Assembly: GCA_016839555.1 (NCBI GenBank)
Contig: JAEOUA010000001.1
Location: 1 to 64,000 of the forward strand
Direction: 5' to 3'
DNA length: 64,000 bases
Source: Promethearchaeota archaeon
GTDB taxonomy: Archaea; Asgardarchaeota; Lokiarchaeia; Sigyniarchaeales; SOKP01
In this document: positions 11,733 through 21,755 of the stretch, piece by piece
Layout: the number at the start of each line of letters is the position of its first letter
Numbering within the stretch: the first letter of the stretch is position 1
Program-made: the position numbers and the translations under genes
Notes under the pieces: generated by a model
Database searches by the model: none
What the model was told of the DNA's origin: nothing
What the model saw: the letters and a program-made list of their open reading frames with translations, nothing else

Positions 11733-11845
11733 ATATACGTTTAAAAAAAATCCGATTTACGTTGATCTAATTAACTCCAATAAATTAAAGAATATGATAT
11801 AAATCTTAACTCTTATAAGTTTTTTCTATTTTTCTTATCTTATTT
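11733..11845 (+). repeat. Intergenic repeat, copy 3 of 4
   Basis: Same 20-mer core and flanks. Confidence 0.85.
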
Positions 11846-12160
11846 TCTTATATTTTTTTAAAAACCAATTTTAAGTAATTTAATCTCCATTAGAAATTTT
11901 TTAAAATTTTATAATTTGATATCAAAGTCTCATCAGTTTTTTTTAAATAATCTTAAATAATAACATTACATCAAATTTTTAATTTGAATTTAGTTTTTTA
12001 GCTACTTGGTTTTTTCAGACTTTCATTTAAATAATTAATAATTAGGCTAATAAGGTGGTAAGGAGTGATCGTAAATAAATTAAGATTTGATAGAGAATAA
12101 AAACAAGTAAAAAAGAAAAAAAAGGGAATTAGATTTAGGATTAGTTAACATATCTTCAAT

Positions 12161-14317
12161 TTAAAGCCAATTGGGTCCACCATCTGTAATTGTCCAATAA
12201 TAATTACCTATAAGAGATAACCTCGCGCCAAGAGCAGCCAAAGAATACTTTGAATTTCCTCCATGAAAGTGGACAAAAGTTTGCAGTGTTGGCAAACTCG
12301 CCCATCCATTGAGCAGATTTTCATAATTTGATGTTGATAAAGTAACATCTAAAAACATTTCTGTCATATTTCTGACGCTTGACACATCCCAGTTGCCAAT
12401 ATTTTGGTCGAATGAATCAGCATAACTAAACATCCAGTTCATATATGTCACACTCGACACATCCCAGCTACCAATATCTTGGTTAAAATTATCAGCATGA
12501 TAGAACATCCCGCTCATATATTCTACGCGTGAAACATTCCAGCCCCCAATATCTTGGTCGAATGAATCAGCAAAACTAAACATCCAGTTCATATCTGTGA
12601 CACTGGAAATATCCCAGCCCCCAATATCTTTATTAAAATCACCAGCATCCCAAAACATACTGCTCATATCTGTCACACTAGAGGTATTCCAGCTTCCTAT
12701 ATCTTGGTCGAAGGCATAAGCATGACCAAACATCCATTCCATGTTTTTCACATTCGACACATCCCAGCTGCCAATAGGCTGGTTGAATTTTTCAGCATAA
12801 TCGAACATATAGCTCATATCTGTGACACTTGAGACGTCCCAGCTTCCTATAGGTTGATTGAAATTGGTAGCACCACAGAACATTCGGTGCATGGCTGTCA
12901 CACCCGACACATTCCAGCCCCCAATAGGCTGGTTGAACGCCTTAGCATTGCAGAATATCTGTCTCATATTTTTGACACTCGATACATCCCAGCTGCTAAT
13001 ATCTTGGTTAAATTTATCAGCACTCCAAAACATATGATTCATATTTTCCACGCTTGAGGTATTCCAGCCGCCAATATCTTGGTTAAATGCATTAGCCTGA
13101 CCGAACATCCAACTCATGTCGATAACGCTCGAGGTATCCCACCCACTAATATCTTGGTTGAAGACATCTAGTTCGCAAAACATACTACCCATATATTGAA
13201 CATTCGATACGTTCCAGCTACCAATAGGTTGGTCGAAGGCATCAGCATAATAGAACATATAGCTCATATCTTTGACGGATGAGGTATCCCACCCGCTAAT
13301 ATCTTTGTTGAAAGTTTTAGTATGGGAAAACATCCCGTTCATAGTTATAACATTTGAGACATCCCAGCCGCCAATATCTTTATTGAAATCATCAGCATTG
13401 TGGAACATATCATTCATATTAGTAACACTTGACACATTCCAGCTGCCAATATCTTGATTAAAAGCTTTGGCACCCCAGAACATCCACATCATATTTTCTA
13501 CGCATGAAACATCCCAGTCCCCAATATCTTGGTTAAAAATATCAGTATCACGGAACATTCTGTACATATTCGTCACACTTGACACATCCCAATTACCAAT
13601 ATCTTGATTAAATGAATCGGCTTGAAGAAACATCCCACTCATATCAGTAACGCTCGAAACATCCCAGCTGCTAATATTTTGGTCAAAAGAAGTGGCATCA
13701 CGGAACATCTCATTCATATCGGTGATGTGCGATACATCCCATTGATTCATATTGGGTACTTGATCTATTTTGGTACATCCTCGAAAAGCTCGCATTAAAG
13801 TAGTTGTTCCCGTTAAATCCAAAATATCCGTCGCGGTAATGTTAAGGTTAGCGCACCCCCAAAAGTACCTTCCTGAATTCCCTAAACGCAGGTCGCCCCA
13901 TTGCTTAATTTCAAGTAATTTCTCTTCATCGCCATCATCATTGAAGCGCCATCCAATAATCTTTCCGGTGATATTGATGGTGTATATACCTGGTGAATCA
14001 TAAGTGTGCAGTACTTGTGGTTGATTCCATTTTTTAATCTTATTTTTAGTCCCATCCCCCCAGTCAACTAGAAATAAATAATTTCCGTTCGATTCCAAGG
14101 GTAATTTCACTTGAGTGTCATTACTTGATCCGGGTTTTGTGGTATCCCATACGGATGAAAAATTCTTTCCAATTACCACTTGTTCTGTCAGGGGTAAGAA
14201 TAATTGTTCTCCCTCCTGTTCTTCTTTGGGCCAGAGCGCGATTGAAACACCAATAGCCACTCCGCTCACTATTAAGACAGCTATAACTACCGCTGCAAGA
14301 ATTTTTTTATCGATCAT
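12161..14317 (-). CDS. Membrane-anchored BspA/DUF285 repeat surface protein with PKD-like domain (about 19 repeats)
   Basis: Paralogue of 5585..8185; highly similar over the first 438 aa or so, then diverges. Confidence 0.9.
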   Translation of the reverse strand: MIDKKILAAVVIAVLIVSGVAIGVSIALWPKEEQEGEQLFLPLTEQVVIGKNFSSVWDTTKPGSSNDTQVKLPLESNGNYLFLVDWGDGTKNKIKKWNQPQVLHTYDSPGIYTINITGKIIGWRFNDDGDEEKLLEIKQWGDLRLGNSGRYFWGCANLNITATDILDLTGTTTLMRAFRGCTKIDQVPNMNQWDVSHITDMNEMFRDATSFDQNISSWDVSSVTDMSGMFLQADSFNQDIGNWDVSSVTNMYRMFRDTDIFNQDIGDWDVSCVENMMWMFWGAKAFNQDIGSWNVSSVTNMNDMFHNADDFNKDIGGWDVSNVITMNGMFSHTKTFNKDISGWDTSSVKDMSYMFYYADAFDQPIGSWNVSNVQYMGSMFCELDVFNQDISGWDTSSVIDMSWMFGQANAFNQDIGGWNTSSVENMNHMFWSADKFNQDISSWDVSSVKNMRQIFCNAKAFNQPIGGWNVSGVTAMHRMFCGATNFNQPIGSWDVSSVTDMSYMFDYAEKFNQPIGSWDVSNVKNMEWMFGHAYAFDQDIGSWNTSSVTDMSSMFWDAGDFNKDIGGWDISSVTDMNWMFSFADSFDQDIGGWNVSRVEYMSGMFYHADNFNQDIGSWDVSSVTYMNWMFSYADSFDQNIGNWDVSSVRNMTEMFLDVTLSTSNYENLLNGWASLPTLQTFVHFHGGNSKYSLAALGARLSLIGNYYWTITDGGPNWL

Positions 14318-14589
14318 TTTATTTCACCTTAATGATTTTCATATAAGATTATTTTAAATATATACCTTTTGGTTGATCAACTTGGTTCATCTTGTACTTA
14401 TTCCGCAATTTTTTATAGAATAATTATGTTTCTCTAATGTTTAAAAGGATGCAAATTAATCAAATCATATTATATAACACCTTATTATTTTCAATTTTGG
14501 AGTGCATAATAATTAAATAAAAAATCGGGATAAAAATAGAGGTTAAAATGGGGATAATATTCAGAATTCTCAATCCTGAATTATAAAAG

Positions 14590-14710
14590 TATATAAGTTC
14601 AAAAAAATCCAATTTACGTTGATCTAATTAATTCAAATTTATTAAGAGCATGATGTAAATCTCAAATTTTATAACTTTTTCCAATTTTTTATTTTCTTTT
14701 TCTTATTCTA
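14590..14710 (+). repeat. Intergenic repeat, copy 4 of 4
   Basis: Same 20-mer core; nearly identical to copy 2. Confidence 0.85.
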
Positions 14711-15010
14711 TTCTTTTTTTTGAATACAATTTTATATTATTAAATTAGCATACCCTAATATTTTTAGATTTTTATATTCTAAATTAGGAAAATCAAACTT
14801 TCTAGAAATTACTAAAAAAAATAAATAAAAAGGTATTTAAAAGATATTTAACCATCCCTCATTTAATTCTAACCTTTTTAGTTTCTTTAGGATGAATTTA
14901 AAAACACCTTAGACTCTATTTTTAATTAATATTATGAAAAAACCAAAAATTTTATAGAAATTAAGATTATATATTTAGTAGATTCTTTTAATTAACTAAG
15001 GTTTATTATC

Positions 15011-15196
15011 ATGGCAACAGAAAAGGAAAATATTATAGAAATGATAAAACGTCTTCCTAATGACGTAAGCATGGAAGATATAATTGAAGCAATATATATT
15101 AGACAAAAAATAGAGAAAGGATTAAAAGATTCTGAAGAAGGAAGATTTTTTACATATGAAGAAGCTAAAGAGCTTTTAGCAAAATGGTTGAAGTAA
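15011..15196 (+). CDS. Putative antitoxin of a ParE/RelE-type toxin-antitoxin pair
   Basis: 61 aa with a LP.D.SMEDII..IY.RQKIEKGLKD.EEGR...EE...L.KW pattern; its 3' end overlaps the start of a ParE-like frame. Confidence 0.7.
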   Translation: MATEKENIIEMIKRLPNDVSMEDIIEAIYIRQKIEKGLKDSEEGRFFTYEEAKELLAKWLK

Positions 15197-15249
15197 AGTG
15201 GACAAAAAAAGCTCTTAAAGAATTAGATAACATAGCTTATTGTAAATAG
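15184..15249 (+). pseudogene. Truncated ParE/RelE-family toxin N-terminus (copy 1)
   Basis: MVEVKWTKKALKELDNIAYCK*: ParE-like start (WT..AL..L..I), overlaps the antitoxin, stops after 21 codons. Confidence 0.7.
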
Positions 15250-15319
15250 ATGCATAGAAATTAATAGTAGAGTTTCTATTTAATATTTGAAAAAAAAAAA
15301 TAATAAAAAAGGATAAAAT

Positions 15320-15505
15320 ATGGAGAAAACAGAAGAGAATGATTCTATATCAAAAAAGCCAGAGACTATTTGTTCTATTTGTGGAAGAAAAATTCCTTCT
15401 GGAGAGTATTATTCCAAGAGTATCATTACTGGAAAGATTACATGTTCTAATTGTGATAATGGTGTGTTGGTGAAAGGAGAATTATTATTTTCTCTTGATG
15501 ATTAG
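15320..15505 (+). CDS. Small zinc-finger protein
   Basis: CSIC...CSNC pair, 61 aa, plausible upstream RBS (gga). Confidence 0.55.
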   Translation: MEKTEENDSISKKPETICSICGRKIPSGEYYSKSIITGKITCSNCDNGVLVKGELLFSLDD

Positions 15506-15534
15506 AATATAAACATAAGATATCTGAAAATTTT

Positions 15535-16083
15535 ATGTATTTCTTTCGCAGAATTTCTAAAACTGATGCTCATTTTAAATTTATTACTGGTAATAAAGCA
15601 TTTGATGAAAAAAATCCAGATGGGAGCTTAAAAAATTATCTGGATGATGATCTTATGACTGGTGGTGAATTTCTCACTTTCCTTTTCTTAGAAAAAAAGG
15701 ATCCTGATAATGGATTAATAATAGGTCTACTTAGATATAAAAATGCAAATAAAGCAGAATTCTTTTCTGAACTTGATAAGTGTAATGTGGATAAAGAGAT
15801 AAAAGATCTTTTGATCAAAGAATTAGATACATCTAAATTCTCTATTATCTATTTAAGCCGAATTGGTGTTATTAAAAATTTTCAAGATATGAATATAGGT
15901 CAAATAATAAGTAATTTTTTTGAATTTCTAATGAAAAGGAATCGACAGAGAACTTTTATTTATCTGAAAATTATAGAAAAACAAAAAACCTTTATTGGGC
16001 CATCTTATGATTTTATTGGGCATAATGACGATAAAAAATGGGGAAGTTATTATTTGGTCTCAAAATTTTTAAAATTTGATTAG
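15535..16083 (+). CDS. Putative GNAT-fold acetyltransferase
   Basis: IIGLLRY strand and IYLSRIGVIKNFQDMNIGQ resemble GNAT motif A (degenerate). Confidence 0.5.
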   Translation: MYFFRRISKTDAHFKFITGNKAFDEKNPDGSLKNYLDDDLMTGGEFLTFLFLEKKDPDNGLIIGLLRYKNANKAEFFSELDKCNVDKEIKDLLIKELDTSKFSIIYLSRIGVIKNFQDMNIGQIISNFFEFLMKRNRQRTFIYLKIIEKQKTFIGPSYDFIGHNDDKKWGSYYLVSKFLKFD

Positions 16084-16087
16084 CAAA

Positions 16088-16206
16088 ATGTTTAAATAAA
16101 ATAGACAATAAATGCTCTTGAAGGATTAGACGATATAGGGAAAAACCTCTTTAAAGATTCGCCTAAATATGCCCAAATATTAGTAAAGCAAATTTATGAA
16201 ATGATA
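16088..16206 (+). pseudogene. Degraded ParE/RelE-family toxin (copy 2)
   Basis: Nucleotide-homologous to 15184-15240; after a 1-nt frameshift reads K*TINALEGLDDIGKNLFKDSPKYAQILVKQIYEMI (ParE-like DSPxYA motif, with TGG changed to TAG). Confidence 0.7.
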
Positions 16207-16509
16207 ATTTTTTATTTTATTTCTCTTATTCTATTTTTTTTTTTGAATACAATTTTCGATGATTTAATTTCCATTAGACTTTTTTAGTATTTATAATATG
16301 AAGTGAGAATCTTAAAGAAATTAATTTATACTTTCTATGAGTTTTTCCTAAATAGTTTCATTTATTAAAAAATAAGGTCAATTTCCAAGGCTACCATATT
16401 AGGTCTTCTAAAAAATTTCAATTATATTTGTGCGTGTTCAATCAAAAGATTTATATATGATTTATTATTAAATAAAAACCGTCCAATTATTAATTAAAAG
16501 GTAAAAAAA

Positions 16510-17226
16510 ATGGAATCCAAAAAAACCACTAATATTGTACTTAGTATTATTTTAATTGCAGTAGGGGGTTTAATCATAATTGGAGCAATGCTACCAATCG
16601 GAAATGGAACCTTAGATTTCGGATTTTGGGGATTTAATGTTACTATTGGTATTGGGGTTACTTTTACTGATATAAATATAATATTTAATCCGCTTTTAGG
16701 TAAATTTATTGTTGAATACATTAATCCCCTGGCTGTATTAGACCTTGATATATTATATTTTCTTGGAGTATATGATATAGTATACGCCGCAATATATACA
16801 GCGTTGGTCAGTTCCCCAATATTAAGATGGCTTATGGTGTTTGTAATAATAGCAGGGATCGTTATTGCATTATTTGGAGTTTTAAAGCTATTAAAAGTGT
16901 TAGAGGTTATTCCGGGAGCAGAAAATTTCTTAGGTGAGAGATCTATTGGTCTTGGGATTATATTTTTAATTGCTGGTGCTGCGGCAATTTTCCTTATCAT
17001 ATTTGAATTTATTTTGTTTAGTACTCAAGTCCTTCCAGGAATTAAATCATTTCATGAATTGGATGCATTTGCTATAGGTACTATATTTCCAGAAATGAAT
17101 ACAAAAGCACTACCATTAGCAGGATTTTATATAGTTTTGATTTCGGCAATAGGCGGATTGGTAGTATCTATTTATTTACTTATTACAACGAGAGCCCCAG
17201 AACAAGGAACAACAACAAAAATGTAA
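16510..17226 (+). CDS. Hypothetical membrane protein (about 4 TM helices)
   Basis: Four long hydrophobic segments. Confidence 0.75.
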   Translation: MESKKTTNIVLSIILIAVGGLIIIGAMLPIGNGTLDFGFWGFNVTIGIGVTFTDINIIFNPLLGKFIVEYINPLAVLDLDILYFLGVYDIVYAAIYTALVSSPILRWLMVFVIIAGIVIALFGVLKLLKVLEVIPGAENFLGERSIGLGIIFLIAGAAAIFLIIFEFILFSTQVLPGIKSFHELDAFAIGTIFPEMNTKALPLAGFYIVLISAIGGLVVSIYLLITTRAPEQGTTTKM

Positions 17227-17486
17227 TTTTAAACTCAAATCAAAGGAATTTAATATTTCTTTGTATGTTTTTTTAATCATTTTAAACCATACTTATTTTA
17301 GGGATTTCTAATTTGTGATTCTTCTAAAGGCTAATATTGAAGCGCTAAGGAAATATAAGAAACTGGTTTATAACTCTGTTTTTATTTATAATTTACGTGT
17401 TTTGTAATTTTAAATCTTAATAGATAATTGATTTTATTTTCTATTAAACATATATTTGAAAAAATAATTTTTAACAAAAAGAGAGT

Positions 17487-17645
17487 AGAAAATAGGGGTC
17501 CTCGCTTATAATCATACCTAACAGGGAGAGATAAAGAAGATTTCCACTTTAACTAGTTAAAGTAGAACACCAAAAGACAAAAATCCAGGGATTTAAGCAA
17601 GGTTTCCCTATTTTCTTGACAGGTATGTAAATCATATACTGTCAA
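17487..17645 (-). ncRNA. Candidate structured ncRNA (or MITE-like element) in a convergent intergenic gap
   Basis: Nested inverted repeats 17487-17508/17594-17616, perfect 18-bp palindrome 17546-17563, hairpin 17616-17645; most mismatches become G-U pairs on the minus strand; TATA-like box at about 17661-17673. Confidence 0.4.
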
Positions 17646-17747
17646 ATTTAGAATAACTTCATTTATATTTAAATCCTTCCTTTTTAGAAATATAGTTTTA
17701 TTTTCCACTATAAGAGGAGTCTTGAGAATTTTGATCTATTATACAAA

Positions 17748-18635
17748 CTACTCTATAAATCCTGTTGCTTTTAAAGTATCAATATTTTGTTCTATATTCC
17801 ATTGTAGACCCATTAAATGGTCAATGGAAAAAATTTCGGAATTTGGAATAAGTCGATCGTGATATTCTTTAGTAATATATTCTAAAGAGGGATTCTTATT
17901 ATATGATTCTATGATTAAATTTTTCGCTTTAAATTGTAGATCTTCCATTTCATTCAGGAATTTCTCAAAATCATCCCCTTCCCAAACGCCATAGTGAGCA
18001 ATTGCAATTGCATCAAGCTCATTTTTCAAATTTCTGAGTTTTTGATAAGTCTCTAATAAAGCCCTTTCATCAAAATCCGGCCCAAAAATTACTGGTATAA
18101 ATGTATTTTTATCAATTTTATCGAGGATTGCATCTCCTACATAAATAATTTTGTTTTTAATATCTTGAATAGCTATAGAGTCGGGAGTGTGTCCAAAAAA
18201 TTCATGAACTTTTAATTCCAACCCGTTTAAATCAATGATATCATTTTGTTTTAAGGGAGTTACCTCTTCGATTGGATCAACATGATATCCAAAAAAATTA
18301 TTCAGTCTTGTTGGATTTTTTAATGGAACTAACCCATTTTTATGTGCTAATACTTCGATATCTACTACTTTTATAAGTCTTTTTATCTTATGGACTCCCT
18401 GAATATGATCCCAATGTATATGGGTTAAAAGTATCTTATGAATTGGATAAATATTAAAAGCTTTTAATTTCTTAATAATTTTTCTTACACTTAACGCTTC
18501 ACCCGCATCAATCATCATTCGAATGCCCTCATTTTCAATGATATAAATCCCACAGGTCTTTTCGGTTTTTAAAAATTCGGCATCTAATAAATAAGCATTT
18601 TCGTTAAATTTTCCTTCCTCTCTAATATGAACCAT
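17748..18635 (-). CDS. MBL-fold metallo-hydrolase
   Basis: THIHWDHIQG, GHTPDS, VGDA, IAHYG motifs. Confidence 0.92.
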   Translation of the reverse strand: MVHIREEGKFNENAYLLDAEFLKTEKTCGIYIIENEGIRMMIDAGEALSVRKIIKKLKAFNIYPIHKILLTHIHWDHIQGVHKIKRLIKVVDIEVLAHKNGLVPLKNPTRLNNFFGYHVDPIEEVTPLKQNDIIDLNGLELKVHEFFGHTPDSIAIQDIKNKIIYVGDAILDKIDKNTFIPVIFGPDFDERALLETYQKLRNLKNELDAIAIAHYGVWEGDDFEKFLNEMEDLQFKAKNLIIESYNKNPSLEYITKEYHDRLIPNSEIFSIDHLMGLQWNIEQNIDTLKATGFIE

Positions 18636-18792
18636 TTTTATCTCAATTAAATTGAATAACTTATAATAGTTTTATTATCTTCTAATATAAATATTTTATT
18701 CTGTTTCTGTTTAATTACTCTTTCTGATATAAAAAATGAAATGCATTATGGGAAATTGTTTACAAATAAGAATGGAATTTAATTAAATAAAA
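18623..18792 (-). promoter_or_regulatory. Duplicated promoter/leader, copy upstream of the MBL hydrolase
   Basis: Colinear with 19684-19855 over about 170 bp, including TATA-like tttatatt, RBS-like gag and ATGGTT. Confidence 0.75.
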
Positions 18793-18857
18793 GCTCCTTG
18801 CTTTTAATAAATTTTCCACTTTTCATTTGCTGCAGTATTTTTCATTAGTATATAATT

Positions 18858-19697
18858 TTAAGGTAGCCCAGTTCCTGGTACTTCGACATTTATCATTTCT
18901 ATTTTACCATCTCCTCGATACCCGATCCTATTATCTTTTGATGTCGCCACAAAAAGAGTTTGCCTATTAGGCCCACCTAGCATACAGGCATAAGCTTGAG
19001 TTGTAACTTTAACTTTATGAGTAGTTTTACCACCCTCAACTACGCGAACAACTCTACCCCTTCCAGGTGCTGCTACCCAGATACCCCCCTCTTCATCTAA
19101 GCAAATCCCATCTGGGGCAACAGACTTGAGATTAGCCCAGATACGGCGATTTTTAAGTATCCCATCGTCCATAATGTCAAAAGCCGTTAAGCGAGCTGCA
19201 AATGTTTCTCCAACAATGAGTGTTCGGCCATCTGGTGTGATAACCATTCCATTGGGAAAAGCTAATTCATTAGCAGCAACTCTTGCATTTCCATCCGGAG
19301 ATATTAAAATTATTTCAGCAGGATGGAAAGGTTTTTCATTCCACATATCAAAACCAAAATTTCCAATGTATGCTCGCCCTAATGTATCCACAACCATATC
19401 ATTACAGTTGAATGTTGCCAAATTGCTTATATTGGCAATTTCGGTTAATCCCTCAGGATCAAGCCGAAGCAAACGTTTATCTTGCATTGATACAATTAGC
19501 AACCTGCCTTTGGGATCCCAACCTAAACCAGAGGGAGAATTTTGTAATTCAACAACAATTTCGTTATTTCCTTCAAGATCAACTGTCATTACAGCTTTTT
19601 TTTCAAAATCAGAAAACCAAAGCTTACCATCATGCCATCTTGGACTTTCAGGAAAAATTAAACCTTTAAGAAGAATTTCTGTATTTAATATAACCAT
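18858..19697 (-). CDS. SMP-30/gluconolactonase/LRE-family protein
   Basis: FPESPRW, CNDMVVD, FPNGM, PDGICLD; start moved from 19709 to 19697 using the duplicated leader. Confidence 0.92.
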   Translation of the reverse strand: MVILNTEILLKGLIFPESPRWHDGKLWFSDFEKKAVMTVDLEGNNEIVVELQNSPSGLGWDPKGRLLIVSMQDKRLLRLDPEGLTEIANISNLATFNCNDMVVDTLGRAYIGNFGFDMWNEKPFHPAEIILISPDGNARVAANELAFPNGMVITPDGRTLIVGETFAARLTAFDIMDDGILKNRRIWANLKSVAPDGICLDEEGGIWVAAPGRGRVVRVVEGGKTTHKVKVTTQAYACMLGGPNRQTLFVATSKDNRIGYRGDGKIEMINVEVPGTGLP

Positions 19698-19855
19698 TTT
19701 TATCTCCATTTGATTGAATATCTTATAGTAATTTTATTATCTTTTAATATAAATATTTTACTATCTTTCTTTATAGTTATAATTTCTAATTAGAAAATGA
19801 GAGAATTTATAGGAGAGATCTCACAAATAAATATGGAATTAGATTAAATAATAAG
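19684..19855 (-). promoter_or_regulatory. Duplicated promoter/leader, copy upstream of the SMP-30 gene
   Basis: Colinear with 18623-18792. Confidence 0.75.
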
Positions 19856-19889
19856 TTTTACACAGATGAATTAAAATATTATCTGTTCA

Positions 19890-21755
19890 TCATTCTTTAG
19901 CAGGTAAAACTATTGAAAATATGCTTCCTTTTGACGGAGTTCCTTTTTCTCGCGGTTCAAACCAAATATTTCCATTATAAGCTTCTATTATTTTTTTCAC
20001 AAGAGAAAGACCAATACCCATTCCTCTAGAATTATAGCCAATTTTATGATTTCTAGAAAATATTTTCTCTCTCATCTCTTTAGGAATTCCTACCCCATTG
20101 TCTATAAAATCGAATCTTATTAATTGATCCCCTTGATCTTCAACTTTATAAATTTTTACTCTCACGGAAGGATGTTCAGAATTATTATGCTGAATGCCAT
20201 TTATGAGAATGTTTTCAAATGCATCCGCTAAGAAAGGGCCCGCCATTACGTATAGATCCTCATCTAAGGCATCTATATTTATAGAAATGCCTTTTTGATT
20301 CAATATACTATTTTTATTAATAATATTTCTCAAAAGTAATAATGGATTTATTTCTTTAATCTCTATTGTTTCACTTTCAATACGAGACATTTTTCGGATA
20401 TTTGTAATTAAGCTAATTCCACGTTTTAATTGAGAATTGATTAAATCTAATAATTCTTGTATTTCTTTAGATATGGAAATCTTATTGATTTTTATTTCTG
20501 CCAGTTCAATGGACATTTTAATATTATTAATGATATTTGCCATATCATGAGCTAATAAATCTTTGTAAAACTCAGAATTTTTATAAGCATTCCGAAATTT
20601 TTCTTTCGATTCCATTAATGCTTGCTCTGCTTGCTTTTTCTCTGTAATGTCTTTGATTGAAATTTGAATTAATTTTTCATCCCCAGTATGAATTATAGAT
20701 ACTCTTGGATCAATATGAACTATTTTTCCTATTTTATTAGTAACTTTAAGTTGTATGGGTTTTACTAGTTTTCCTTTGAGATGTCTTAGAAATCTTTCCT
20801 TTAATAAATCAATCTTGTCAGAGGGCAGAATTGATAAACTAAATAAATTATTTCCAATCAATTCATTTTTCGTGAAACCAAAAACTTCAGTAAATTTCTT
20901 GTTTATATTAACAATTTTAGCTTCTTGATTAATGAGCATAATGCTATATGGGGAACTTTCAATTAAATGCTGAAATTCTCTTTGAATATTCTCTAATTTT
21001 TGTTTAGTTTCCTTTCCACTTGTAATATCTCGAATTGTAGCTACCATAAAAATAAAATTTTCCATTTCATCTTTAACGGGATAATGATTTACTAATAAAT
21101 TGCGTTTTCCAATACCAGGATATACTTTGTTGATTTCAAAGCTTACTGTTTCTCCCTTAAAACATCGATCAATATATGCTTTTATCTTATTTTCAAATAA
21201 TTGATCTCCCAATATTTTTCTTACATGATGACCTATAACATTCTCTCTCTCAAGTTGATTATAATCCAAAAAGATTTTATTTACAAAGACATATTCATAC
21301 TTCCTATTAATGCCAGCAATAAGATCATTTGAGCATTCAATCGCCATTTCATAATATTTTAGCACCTCATCCTTTTTTTTCTCTAAAGTTATATCAGTAA
21401 GCATAATTAGGTCTGCTGGTTTACCTTCAAATTGTATTGTAGTAGAATAGTTATTTAACCATTTCATTTCTCCTGTTTTAGTAAAAAATCTAAATTGATA
21501 ATAGATAAATTGGTTTTTTTTTCCCCTTTGTTTAGTTTCTATTTGTTTAGCTACAAAAGATCTATCAGCGGGATGTACACTTTTTAAAAATCGTTTATAG
21601 CTCTTTCCTATAACTTCTTTTCTCATATATCCTGAATAATTCAATGATAGCTCGTTCATATATATGAATTTATTATCTTGAATTATTTGTATCCCAATTG
21701 GTGCTGAATCCAGCAGTCCTATAATTCTTTCCCTTATATCTGAGCTTTTTTTCAT
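19890..21755 (-). CDS. Cytoplasmic PAS-PAS-PAS histidine kinase
   Basis: Three PAS/PAC units; H-box LAHDMAN; N box NILINGIQH; DNGVGI; GMGIGL. Confidence 0.92.
   Translation of the reverse strand: MKKSSDIRERIIGLLDSAPIGIQIIQDNKFIYMNELSLNYSGYMRKEVIGKSYKRFLKSVHPADRSFVAKQIETKQRGKKNQFIYYQFRFFTKTGEMKWLNNYSTTIQFEGKPADLIMLTDITLEKKKDEVLKYYEMAIECSNDLIAGINRKYEYVFVNKIFLDYNQLERENVIGHHVRKILGDQLFENKIKAYIDRCFKGETVSFEINKVYPGIGKRNLLVNHYPVKDEMENFIFMVATIRDITSGKETKQKLENIQREFQHLIESSPYSIMLINQEAKIVNINKKFTEVFGFTKNELIGNNLFSLSILPSDKIDLLKERFLRHLKGKLVKPIQLKVTNKIGKIVHIDPRVSIIHTGDEKLIQISIKDITEKKQAEQALMESKEKFRNAYKNSEFYKDLLAHDMANIINNIKMSIELAEIKINKISISKEIQELLDLINSQLKRGISLITNIRKMSRIESETIEIKEINPLLLLRNIINKNSILNQKGISINIDALDEDLYVMAGPFLADAFENILINGIQHNNSEHPSVRVKIYKVEDQGDQLIRFDFIDNGVGIPKEMREKIFSRNHKIGYNSRGMGIGLSLVKKIIEAYNGNIWFEPREKGTPSKGSIFSIVLPAKE

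Larger units (their letters stand above)
10045..14710 (+). repeat. Segmental duplication unit B
   Basis: Homologous to 2270-8590 but lacks the flavodoxin insert. Confidence 0.85.

Noticed and set aside
2531-14317. 75-bp periodic repeats or the 4-copy intergenic repeat as a CRISPR array
   Set aside because: The 75-bp units are in-frame protein repeats; the intergenic copies are kilobases apart; no cas genes
2531-14317. Diversity-generating retroelement acting on the DUF285 genes
   Set aside because: No reverse transcriptase in the window and no non-coding template/variable repeat pair with adenine-specific differences was seen
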